Shown here one piece after another: positions 1-8,629 of a stretch of 51,814 nt of DNA. The stretch lies in IMG/VR virus record IMGVR_UViG_3300021255_000032; one strand, written 5' to 3'. Position numbers and translations under genes: made by a program. Source of the stretch: a virus. Below the pieces are notes generated by a model. It was not told the origin of the DNA. It was given only the letters and a program-made list of their open reading frames with translations, and made no database searches. How positions within the stretch are numbered: position 1 is the stretch's first letter; each line of letters opens with the position of its first letter.

Positions 1-107
1 CCCCACCTACCACGGGGCGAACGCAACCATCAAGCCGGAGCCTGACCAGGTATTCCTCAAGTGGGAAGCTCAGGTTACAGATGTTGTCGAGAAGATTTTC
101 TCGAATT
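1..107. repeat. Terminal direct repeat, identical to nt 51708-51814 (circular-assembly overlap or terminal redundancy)
   Basis: Both copies were read base by base: CCCCACCTACCACGGGGCGAACGC...GAAGATTTTCTCGAATT. The repeat lies inside the tail sheath ORF, which gives a 51707-bp unit genome. Confidence 0.95.
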
Positions 108-121
108 TTGTTTGCAAATAA
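1..121 (+). CDS. Tail sheath protein, C-terminal end (continuation of 50353..51814 across the circular junction)
   Basis: The frame of the ORF starting at 50353 continues through the repeat and stops at TAA 119-121 (...VVEKIFSNFVCK*). The joined product is 491 aa. Confidence 0.85.
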   Translation, partial: PTYHGANATIKPEPDQVFLKWEAQVTDVVEKIFSNFVCK

Positions 122-140
122 GAGGGAGGTTTAAGGAATT

Positions 141-587
141 ATGCCTTATGGAGCAGGTTTTGACTCCGTTCGTGCCGTTGTCGGCACGTTCGGGTACATT
201 TACAAAGAGGGCAAGTGGTTGAGCCAGTACAACAAGTGTCAAGCGAGCGTTGATATTGGCAAGGCCGAAATTAAGCCCGCTGGCGACCGTTGGGTGCGTC
301 ACAAAGTTATCTCGCTGAAAGGCACGGGCAGTATTTCCGGCTACAAAGTTACGGACGAACTTCTCAACGAAGTTTCCGTAGTTGCACACAGCGACAAGCC
401 GTCCATGCGTACAGAGCTTATCATCACTCTTGCCGACCCGGAGGCGTGGGGCGCAGAGCGTATCCGCCTGCAAAATGTCATGTTCGATAACATCGACATT
501 GCGAACTGGGAGCACTCGAAAGAGATTGAGGAAGAATGGAAGTTCACCTTTGAAGGCTATGAACTTCTGGACATTATCGAAGAGTAA
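141..587 (+). CDS. Tail tube protein (XkdM-like)
   Basis: 148 aa, immediately after the sheath gene, with GGGAGG upstream. Size and position match the tube gene of PBSX-like contractile tails. Confidence 0.75.
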   Translation: MPYGAGFDSVRAVVGTFGYIYKEGKWLSQYNKCQASVDIGKAEIKPAGDRWVRHKVISLKGTGSISGYKVTDELLNEVSVVAHSDKPSMRTELIITLADPEAWGAERIRLQNVMFDNIDIANWEHSKEIEEEWKFTFEGYELLDIIEE

Positions 588-620
588 AATACACCGCTAC
601 ACATTAGGAGGAAGATTAAA

Positions 621-1052
621 ATGGCAAAAGAGAATTTCACCGAAATTGACGAAAATATGCAGGAGGCCGATATTATCGCAAAGCTGATGGCGGCTGACCC
701 GGACAATGTGCCGACTATGGTTATACCGTTGAAGCGTTTGGGGATTCCTGTCACGCTGAAAGCGTTGACGGGTAAGCAGGTTTCCAGACTGCGCGACCGC
801 AACACGCAGACCATCAAGACGAAGAACGGTCCGGTGGACAAGCTGGACACGGAGGCATACGGGATTGCGCTCATTGCGGCCTCTAGCGTGAAGCCGAATT
901 TTGCTGACCCCAAACTTTTGGAGAAATTCAAGGCCTCCAGTGCCAACGAAGTTATCAAGCGTCTTTTGCTGGCGGGCGAATTGAACCTGCTTAGCGACGG
1001 CGTTCTTGAGGTTTCCGGCTATAATATGACGCTTGACGACATAAAAAACTGA
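621..1052 (+). CDS. Tail assembly chaperone (XkdN-like), zero-frame product
   Basis: 143 aa between the tube and tape measure genes. It ends ATA AAA AAC TGA, a slippery heptamer directly before the stop. Confidence 0.7.
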   Translation: MAKENFTEIDENMQEADIIAKLMAADPDNVPTMVIPLKRLGIPVTLKALTGKQVSRLRDRNTQTIKTKNGPVDKLDTEAYGIALIAASSVKPNFADPKLLEKFKASSANEVIKRLLLAGELNLLSDGVLEVSGYNMTLDDIKN

Positions 1053-1234
1053 TTGCGGGCGGGAAAACCTTTTTGTCGGTTCTCCATGCCCTCAGTGTGA
1101 GGCGGCATATTACACCGGGACAATTCTTTGCTATGCCAGTTATGGAGCAGAAATTTTTAGTCTGCTCCATTTTGGTAGAGCTAGAAGCAGACAAAGCGAT
1201 TATGGATAAAATAGAGGCATTAAGAAATGGCTGA
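1049..1234 (+). CDS. -1 frameshift extension of the tail assembly chaperone (G/GT-type long form, about 204 aa in total)
   Basis: The slippery A_AAA_AAC is at 1043-1049. The -1 frame from 1049 is open for 61 codons (LIAGGKTFLSVLHALSVRRHITPGQFFAMPVMEQKFLVCSILVELEADKAIMDKIEALRNG*). It stops at TGA 1232-1234, overlapping the tape measure start. Otherwise 1053-1226 would be 174 nt of non-coding sequence. Confidence 0.6.
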   Translation: MIAGGKTFLSVLHALSVRRHITPGQFFAMPVMEQKFLVCSILVELEADKAIMDKIEALRNG

Positions 1235-4200
1235 TAAAGAATTTTATCGCTTGAACCTTGTTCTTGATATGCAAGACAAGCTGACCTCGAAACTTTCCCG
1301 GATTGACGGGAGAGTTAATCAGGTCGAAGCAAGATTTAAGCGAACGGAAACCGCCGTAAAAAGCCTCGGCAATGCGAGAGCTGAACCGAGGGTAACGGCG
1401 CACACAGAGGACGCAGAAAGCAAGCTGAACAGGCTTGAGAGCAACGTCCGAAAAATTGACCGATTGACAGCCCGCGCAAGAGTTGACGCTGACGACAGAG
1501 CCACGGGCAAGACGCAGCAGGTACAAAGCCGATTGCGCAGCATTACGGGCAAGGCTTGGAAAGTTACCTTGTCACTCAAAGACGAAGTAAGCAACAAGCT
1601 GACCGCGATTAAAAGCGGCCTTTCTTCCCCGTTGGCAGCGATGGGCTTGGGCGCGGCGACGATGGGCGTAGGCGGTTTCGCGATTGATTCCGCGCAGAAA
1701 GCTATGGATTTCTCCTATCAGATTTCCAACATTGCAGCCCTAACCAACAAAAGCGAAAAGGAGCTTGAAGGAGTACGGAAAAAAGCCCTCGACCTTGGAG
1801 CTGCGACGCAGTTCTCGTCAACAGAGGCGGCGCAGGGCATGACTGAACTACTCAAGGCAGGTTTGGACATTGAGCAAGTGTTGAATGGCGCGGCTGACGC
1901 GGCCTTGAATTTGGCGGCGGCGGGTGAGCTGGCGCTGCCAGAGGCGGCAGAAATTATGTCCACGGCTATGAACTCTTTTGGATTAGAGGACGCGGCTCAC
2001 GCAGCGGATATTTTAGCCGGGGCGGCGAATGCGTCTGCTACTGATGTTCACGAAATGAAATACGCATTGGCGAGCGTTGCCTCCGTAGCGTCTGCCGTGG
2101 GTATGAGTTTCGACGACACCAACACCGCGCTTGCAGTGTTCGCCTCGAAGGGCTTGAAAGGTTCTGACGCAGGTACATCACTAAAAACGATGTTGATGAG
2201 ATTGCAGCCGGAAACCAAAGCGCAGTATCAAGCGTTTGAGCGTTTAGGCTTACTTACAGAGCAGGGGACAAGCAAATTTTATGACGCAGAGGGGCGTATG
2301 AAGTCTCTCGCTGAAATTGCAGACCTTCTCAGCACAAGCATGGCCGGATTGAACCAGATGGAGCAGCAATCAATGCTTTCCACGATGTTTGGCTCAGACG
2401 CTATCCGAGGCGGCGCGATTCTCACGAAGATGGGCGGCAAAGGTGTACGAGACATGGCGGGAGCTATGACAAAGTACACAGCAGCCGAAGTCGCGAAAAA
2501 GAAGTGGGACAACGCAAAAGGCGACCTTGTCCGCTTACAGTCAGCTTTTCAGAATTTCCAGGTACAAGCATTAGCACCGCTTGAACCTGCTATCGGCAAG
2601 GTTGCGAAAGGGCTAGGCGATTTCTTTAGCGGCAACGTCGAAGGGGCGGCTAACAGCATGGAAAGTCTGTCGAACCGGATTGTCGGCTTTATGGATAGTT
2701 TGGCAGGAGACGAAAAGTTTCAGCAGATGGAATGGGGAGATAAAGTCGTTTATGTTCTTGATAAAATGCTGGAGGCCATTGACGAATGGGTCAGCGGTCC
2801 AGGCGGGCAGCAGTTCGGAAAGGTTCTTGAAAAGCTCGCGGAAATTGGCATGAGGGCGTTTATGGCCGCGCTTATGGGATTGTTCAAAGGGGCAATTAAA
2901 AGCCTGTTTGAAGGCAATTTCGTAGGGGCAGCAGGGCTCGGCCTTGGCTTTACGATGTTAGGCGGCGGGAAGATTCTCGGCGGCTTGGCGAAGGGAGCAA
3001 AGGCAGTCGGCAAAGTTGCCATCGGCGGCGAAAAGGCCGGGGCGATTTTCAGCGACGCAAAAGCACTCGCGCAGGAAAGCGGCAGGGGCAAAATTATGTC
3101 CACGATTGACGCGGCGCAGTTCACAGTCGAAACAAGCCCGGTAGGGAAGTTCTTTCAAGCGGCGAAGCAGTTACCTGCCACGGTCGCAGAAAGCCCCGTA
3201 GGGAAGGCGTTCTCAGCTATTGCAGAAACCCCGGCAGCAAAGGCAGTCGGCAAAGTTGCAAGCAAAGCGGCAGCACCTTTAGCGGCGGCTACGGACGCAT
3301 ACGACCTTGCTACCAGTGATAACAAAGGCGAAAAGGCCGGAGCTATTGCAGGACATTGGGCAGGGGCGGCGGTCGGAGCTAAAGCAGGGGCAGCGGGCGG
3401 CGCGGCCGTCGGCTCGTTGTTTGGCGTTGCAGGAGCTGCACCGGGGGCGGCTATTGGCGGTGCTTTAGGAGGCATTGCGGGCTTTATTGGCGGCGACAAG
3501 GTCGGCGGCATGATAGGAGACTTTATGTCGAAATTCGATTTTTCAGCGGCAAAAGAAAAAGCCGGGGCAATGTTCGACGGCGTCAAAGAGAAAGCCGCAA
3601 ACGCTTTCACAGGAGCAAAAGAACAGGCCGCGAACATCTTCACAGGCGCGAAGGAGCAAGCTGGAGCAATGTTTGACGGGGCAAAAGAGAGGGTAGCAAA
3701 AGCCCTTGATTTCTCGGAGTACATTGACAAGGCAAAAGACCGTTTCGCAAGCATGAAGGAAACCATAGCGCAGACCTTCACGGCTGAAAATATCGGTTTT
3801 GCCATTGGATATGCTTTTGAGCGTTTGCAGATGTTACCGGGGGAGGCTGAACAATATTTAACCGACCTTGGGGAGCGCATAAAGACGGCTTTTTCCGACG
3901 CAGTAACAGCCGCCGGGGAGCAGTTTGACCAATTTGTTACAGAGTCAAAAGCCTATTTTGACCAGCTTATTACAGACGCGGGAACGTGGCTAGACGAATT
4001 TGTTACCAACAATCAGCAGTATTTTGGGCAGCTCGTCGAGGACGCGGGAACGTGGTTGAGTGAATTGCCGGGGAGAGTTGGAGCATGGTACGAGAACACA
4101 AAGACAGCCGCCGGACAGTATTTGTCCCAGATGGCCGAAGATGTTTCTAAGTGGTTCTCAGAATTACCGGGGAGAGCTGAACAGGGATTGAGTGCCCTTT

Positions 4201-4856
4201 ATACAAATGTTTCCAATTGGTGCTCGAACATTATATCTGACGTCCGCAATTGGTTCTCACAGTTACCGGGCATTATTGCCGGGGCATTTGAGCAGGCAGC
4301 GGCGGCGGTTCAGAGCAAATGGACGGCCTTGAAAAGTTGGGTAAGCGAAAAGGCAAGCAGTTTCTCGTTTGGATTCAACGCAGGTCAGCAGACAGCCCGC
4401 CGGGGATTTGCTAACGGTGGTTTCGTAAACCGGGCAGAGACGGTCAACGTTGCAGAGGGCAACAGGCTTGAGGCCATTATTCCTCTTGACCCCTCGAAGC
4501 GTACGCGGGGCGTCTCCTTGTGGCAACAGGCAGGAGCTATGCTAGGCATGGACACCGCCGGGACTACACAAAACGGTAGTGGATCTACTTCTTTCACGCA
4601 GCAGGTCGTCCAATTCCTCCAGGAAAGCGGCAGCGGGCAAGTTGTTTCCGCATTGTCGAGTATGCAACCTGCATTTGCAGGGGCGGCAGGTTTCGGCAGC
4701 GGGGGAGCAAGCGAAGCACCGCAAGGAGGAAATAGTTTCACTTTTAGCGGTATGAATATTTCCATGGGAAACAATATGTCGGAGGAAGATATGGCGGTAG
4801 CCATTGGCAAGCGTATTATGGCTGAGATTCGGCAGAGTTTTGAGAACAGGGGGTGA
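1227..4856 (+). CDS. Tail tape measure protein
   Basis: 1209 aa, following the chaperone pair. It has a coiled-coil N-terminus, a Gly/Ala-rich hydrophobic segment, tandem about 11-aa repeats of GAKEQA type, and repeated W-x-SELPGR units. Confidence 0.9.
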   Translation: MADKEFYRLNLVLDMQDKLTSKLSRIDGRVNQVEARFKRTETAVKSLGNARAEPRVTAHTEDAESKLNRLESNVRKIDRLTARARVDADDRATGKTQQVQSRLRSITGKAWKVTLSLKDEVSNKLTAIKSGLSSPLAAMGLGAATMGVGGFAIDSAQKAMDFSYQISNIAALTNKSEKELEGVRKKALDLGAATQFSSTEAAQGMTELLKAGLDIEQVLNGAADAALNLAAAGELALPEAAEIMSTAMNSFGLEDAAHAADILAGAANASATDVHEMKYALASVASVASAVGMSFDDTNTALAVFASKGLKGSDAGTSLKTMLMRLQPETKAQYQAFERLGLLTEQGTSKFYDAEGRMKSLAEIADLLSTSMAGLNQMEQQSMLSTMFGSDAIRGGAILTKMGGKGVRDMAGAMTKYTAAEVAKKKWDNAKGDLVRLQSAFQNFQVQALAPLEPAIGKVAKGLGDFFSGNVEGAANSMESLSNRIVGFMDSLAGDEKFQQMEWGDKVVYVLDKMLEAIDEWVSGPGGQQFGKVLEKLAEIGMRAFMAALMGLFKGAIKSLFEGNFVGAAGLGLGFTMLGGGKILGGLAKGAKAVGKVAIGGEKAGAIFSDAKALAQESGRGKIMSTIDAAQFTVETSPVGKFFQAAKQLPATVAESPVGKAFSAIAETPAAKAVGKVASKAAAPLAAATDAYDLATSDNKGEKAGAIAGHWAGAAVGAKAGAAGGAAVGSLFGVAGAAPGAAIGGALGGIAGFIGGDKVGGMIGDFMSKFDFSAAKEKAGAMFDGVKEKAANAFTGAKEQAANIFTGAKEQAGAMFDGAKERVAKALDFSEYIDKAKDRFASMKETIAQTFTAENIGFAIGYAFERLQMLPGEAEQYLTDLGERIKTAFSDAVTAAGEQFDQFVTESKAYFDQLITDAGTWLDEFVTNNQQYFGQLVEDAGTWLSELPGRVGAWYENTKTAAGQYLSQMAEDVSKWFSELPGRAEQGLSALYTNVSNWCSNIISDVRNWFSQLPGIIAGAFEQAAAAVQSKWTALKSWVSEKASSFSFGFNAGQQTARRGFANGGFVNRAETVNVAEGNRLEAIIPLDPSKRTRGVSLWQQAGAMLGMDTAGTTQNGSGSTSFTQQVVQFLQESGSGQVVSALSSMQPAFAGAAGFGSGGASEAPQGGNSFTFSGMNISMGNNMSEEDMAVAIGKRIMAEIRQSFENRG

Positions 4857-4862
4857 TAATCT

Positions 4863-5648
4863 ATGTTTGGCGGCATTGGTATAAGTTCTTACACCGCAAG
4901 AAACGCGCTGTGGAACGGCATAAGCAGCGGGCAGAGTTTAGGGCAGATAGCCGGAGGACTTCTCAACGAAGCCCTCGGACTGGACACCTTTATAAACAAG
5001 GTCAACTGCTTTATTATTGACCAGCAGACAGGCATAGAAATGCAGCTACCTGTCAACCCGGAAAAGATAAAACTGAGGTGGGGGAGAAAGACCGAAACAG
5101 TCAATATCCTAAACCTCGGCGAAGTCGATTTTACGACCGGGGACAAGTTGACAGAGGTTTCTTTTGAGAGTTTTTTTCCGGCGCAGTATGTACCTACGTA
5201 TTGTGTAACCGCAATGCCGCCGTCGCCAGACAGCGCAAACGCGGTTATGAACGCATGGAAAAGCCGCTTTCAAGAGCCTGTCAAAAACCTAAAAGACCCC
5301 ATACAGCTTATTATTACAGGGGCACAGGATATAAATATGCTGTGCCTTTTGAGTTCTTATGAGTCTGATGAACATGGCGGCGAGCCGGGGGACATTTATT
5401 ATACGGCTACTTTCCGAGAGTGGAGGGAGATAAACGTCCGAAAAGAGTCGGAGGAAAAGCAAGACCCGCGCGTCAATATGAAGCCACGGCCTACGCTTGT
5501 CAAAATGCCCGCGACCGTTGACGGGATTTTCGGGACTCAAGAAGGATTGTGGAAGTTGGCGAAGCAGCATTATGGAGACGGCGAAAGCTGGAGCCGGATT
5601 GCTATCAAAAACGCCACAAGGGGCATAGGGGGCGGGATTAGGTTATGA
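4863..5648 (+). CDS. LysM-domain tail protein (XkdP-like)
   Basis: C-terminal LysM-like GLWKLAKQHYGDGESWSRIAIKNA. Lies directly after the tape measure, as in PBSX. Confidence 0.7.
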   Translation: MFGGIGISSYTARNALWNGISSGQSLGQIAGGLLNEALGLDTFINKVNCFIIDQQTGIEMQLPVNPEKIKLRWGRKTETVNILNLGEVDFTTGDKLTEVSFESFFPAQYVPTYCVTAMPPSPDSANAVMNAWKSRFQEPVKNLKDPIQLIITGAQDINMLCLLSSYESDEHGGEPGDIYYTATFREWREINVRKESEEKQDPRVNMKPRPTLVKMPATVDGIFGTQEGLWKLAKQHYGDGESWSRIAIKNATRGIGGGIRL

Positions 5649-6658
5649 TTCAGCCGGGAGTATGCAAATACGATGTTATTCTGCAGGACAAATATTACTT
5701 GCGGGAATGTATTCAGCGTTTAGAGCTTGAGGACAGACTGGACGAAATAGCCTACTGCGCAAAAGTTCGACTCGCTGTACCGGGCGACCAATTCACAGGC
5801 CTACCGAAGATTTTACCCGGCATGGAAATACGGGTAAGCGGCACGAAGTTTGGGGAGGATAAATACTCATATATTATTCAACCCGGCGTCGTTTGGGAAG
5901 TGAATATAGATAACAGGGCGCGTCGTAATTGGGATTTGACCATTTACGACCGTACGATTTATCTTGCCAAAAGCAAAGACGAATTTCTTTTCCCAGAGGG
6001 GAGCACCGCCACAGACCGCATAAAGGAAATTTGCGGAAAATGGAATATCCCCATAGCGAACCTTCCCAATACGGGGCAAGCCCTCGCGAAAGAGGCAAGC
6101 CGCGTAACCCCTATATGGAACATTATGAAGAAAGCTCTAGTCGAGACGGGCAGCAAAAGCGGGAAGCTATACACCCTGCGAATGCAGCCGGACGGCCTAG
6201 AGCTTTTTGAAATTGGTTCAAATAAAGATGTTTGGGTATTTGAGTTTGGAGCGAACCTACGCACCGTCTCACAGAAACAGACACTTGAAGGAGCTTGTAC
6301 GAAAGTCAAGGTATTGGGGAAGAAATCGAAAGGCAGTTTGTCTCCGGTTTCTTCTACGGCCAGTGCCGACACAGATAAGTACGGCACAATTCAAGACGTT
6401 CTGCAGGACGAAAAAGCCATCGACGCGGGGACGGCAAACAGTAAAGCCCAAAATATGCTAGGCGGGATTCAGGAAGTCGTAAAGGTTGAGGCGATTGACA
6501 TCAATACAATTCGCAAAGGGGACAAGGTTATCGTGCAGGGCTGGGAAGATGGCTTATATGTTATCAGCGTACGACACGAATTAGGAAGCCCCGGCAAAAT
6601 GCAAATGGAGCTTGCACCGTTGGACTACATAAGGAGGAAATACTACCGTGAAAGATAA
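5645..6658 (+). CDS. Baseplate hub / late-control-D-like tail protein (XkdQ-like)
   Basis: 337 aa. ATGA start/stop overlap with the upstream gene. Assigned by synteny within the Xkd-type baseplate block. Confidence 0.55.
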   Translation: MIQPGVCKYDVILQDKYYLRECIQRLELEDRLDEIAYCAKVRLAVPGDQFTGLPKILPGMEIRVSGTKFGEDKYSYIIQPGVVWEVNIDNRARRNWDLTIYDRTIYLAKSKDEFLFPEGSTATDRIKEICGKWNIPIANLPNTGQALAKEASRVTPIWNIMKKALVETGSKSGKLYTLRMQPDGLELFEIGSNKDVWVFEFGANLRTVSQKQTLEGACTKVKVLGKKSKGSLSPVSSTASADTDKYGTIQDVLQDEKAIDAGTANSKAQNMLGGIQEVVKVEAIDINTIRKGDKVIVQGWEDGLYVISVRHELGSPGKMQMELAPLDYIRRKYYRER

Positions 6659-7037
6659 CCCTTTTAAGCAGCTTGCAGGCGTTCTTGACGAACAAATGAA
6701 GAAGCGGGCGAACGAGGGGATGAATGGCCGATGGAGTATGCACGAACTGGGAACGATTGTCGCGGGTATGGGCTTGAAGTTGGATAATTTCGGTCCCGTT
6801 ATCTACGATTACAAGGTCAACAGGATTCTGACCGACAAAGAGCCTTATGTCACCGATACGAAAGTCGTTGGAGGCGGCGGCGGGTATGCAGAATACGAGC
6901 CGCATAGTCACCCGGTTATTACACCGCCGGAGCAGTTGCCGCTACACGTTGGCGACAGGGTATTAGTGGCGCCCGTTGATAATGGGCAGGTTTTTGTCGT
7001 GGAATGCGTTGTTGTTGACGGTCCAGGGGGAGGCTGA
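6648..7037 (+). CDS. Small baseplate protein (XkdR-like)
   Basis: 129 aa, overlapping its neighbours. Assigned by position in the Xkd-type block. Confidence 0.5.
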   Translation: MKDNPFKQLAGVLDEQMKKRANEGMNGRWSMHELGTIVAGMGLKLDNFGPVIYDYKVNRILTDKEPYVTDTKVVGGGGGYAEYEPHSHPVITPPEQLPLHVGDRVLVAPVDNGQVFVVECVVVDGPGGG

Positions 7038-7039
7038 CT

Positions 7040-7501
7040 ATGGCTGAAAATTTATTCCCAACCGTTGGAGTGGAGGCGGCAGAATACGACACAAGCGACA
7101 CCGCTGCGAATGGCGATGTCGCTTATGGTTCTACCGTACAATTCGATTTTGAAAAACATGAGTTTATTCTTTCCCCCACAGGAAAGCAAAAGGAAGTTAC
7201 AGAGGCAGACGCATGGGGCGAATGGTGCGTAAAAGCATTATGTACAGAGCGTTTCAATTACCTTGTGTACGACTCGAACTATGGGGAAGAACTGGACACC
7301 CTTCTAGGCACCAGCAGACCCCACGAAGTAATAGAGTCGGAAATTAGGCGCATGGTAAAAGAATGTTTGATGTGCGATAAGCGAACCGCGAGCGTCAGCG
7401 AGTTTTCTTTCCAGTGGGTCGAAGATGGGATTATTTTTTCCTGCCGTATTACCAATACGCTAGGAGACGATATGACATTAACGCGAAAGGTGGTGAGGTA
7501 A
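7040..7501 (+). CDS. Baseplate wedge protein (XkdS / gp25-like position)
   Basis: 153 aa, immediately upstream of the baseplate J-like gene. Confidence 0.5.
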   Translation: MAENLFPTVGVEAAEYDTSDTAANGDVAYGSTVQFDFEKHEFILSPTGKQKEVTEADAWGEWCVKALCTERFNYLVYDSNYGEELDTLLGTSRPHEVIESEIRRMVKECLMCDKRTASVSEFSFQWVEDGIIFSCRITNTLGDDMTLTRKVVR

Positions 7502-7504
7502 AAA

Positions 7505-8629
7505 ATGAGTATTGAGAACCCGGATTATTTAGTCACGGCTGACACGACAGAGGAAGCCATACGAAACAGGCTTTTGAGTCATGTGCCGGATTCCGTAGAC
7601 AAAAGTCAAGGCTCATATATTTGGGACGCACACGCTCCCGTAGCTATCGAGCTTGTTTTTGCCCGTATGGCATTGCAGAAAATTATTCAGCTTGGTTTTG
7701 CAGAAACAAGCGACATAGAGCACCTCACCATGAGGGCGCGGGAACACGGCGTAGAGCGCAAGGAAGCAACATACGCCACGGGTACAATAACGATTACAGG
7801 GACACCGGGAACAATTGTCCCGGCAGGATTCAGAGTAGCCACAGAGGCAGACGCTGACATCAATATCCCGAGCGTATTTTTTGCCACGACGGCGGCGGCG
7901 ACAATACCGGCAGAGGGAACGGTGGACATACCTATCAAAGCTGAGGAAGCAGGGCAAGCCGGAAATGTTGCGGCGGGTTGTGTTGTTGTCTTGGGACAGA
8001 GCCGGGACGGCGTTATCAGCGTAACGAACCCCTCACCAACCACAGGCGGCACGGAGAATGAAGATTTTGATTCACTTCTCGCCCGGTATTTGACGAAGGT
8101 TAGAAACCCCGGCACATCGGGGAACGAGGACGACTACCAGCAATGGGCGTTGAGTGTTCCCGGCGTTGGTGGGGCGCACGTTCAATCCCTATGGAATGGG
8201 GAAGGGACTGTAAGAGTTATCATCATCGACGAAAATAAACAGCCCGCAAACGCTGAACTTGTTGCAGCGGTGCAGGAGTTTTTGATGGTGAACGCAGGAG
8301 CAGGAGACAGAAAAGCCCCCATAGGGGCGACTGTCACCGTAGCAAGCGCGAACACGGTCATGGTCAATGTCGAGGCGACGGTTATCCTCAGCCAAGGGGA
8401 GACAATAGCAACGGTACAAGAGGCTTTCCAGACGGCATTAGAAGCATACCTCAAAAGGATTGCTTTTCAGGTCGGTACTATTCGCTATGCACGGATAGGG
8501 GCGACCCTCTTAGACATTCCCGGCGTAGTTGATTACAGCAGTCTGAAAGTAAACGGGCAGGAAGATAATATCACGGTTGGCAACGAAGATGTTGCACTAT
8601 TGGGGACGGTGACGCTCCATGCCGAATAA
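7505..8629 (+). CDS. Baseplate J-like protein (XkdT-like)
   Basis: 374 aa. Typical size and position, with the conserved style of N-terminus (...SQGSYIWDAHAPVAIEL...). Confidence 0.8.
   Translation: MSIENPDYLVTADTTEEAIRNRLLSHVPDSVDKSQGSYIWDAHAPVAIELVFARMALQKIIQLGFAETSDIEHLTMRAREHGVERKEATYATGTITITGTPGTIVPAGFRVATEADADINIPSVFFATTAAATIPAEGTVDIPIKAEEAGQAGNVAAGCVVVLGQSRDGVISVTNPSPTTGGTENEDFDSLLARYLTKVRNPGTSGNEDDYQQWALSVPGVGGAHVQSLWNGEGTVRVIIIDENKQPANAELVAAVQEFLMVNAGAGDRKAPIGATVTVASANTVMVNVEATVILSQGETIATVQEAFQTALEAYLKRIAFQVGTIRYARIGATLLDIPGVVDYSSLKVNGQEDNITVGNEDVALLGTVTLHAE

Noticed and set aside
3340-4300. Gly/Ala-rich tract and tandem peptide repeats inside the tape measure gene
   Set aside because: Hydrophobic Gly/Ala segments and short tandem repeats are ordinary features of tape measure proteins. 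They are noted in the feature evidence but not treated as a separate system.
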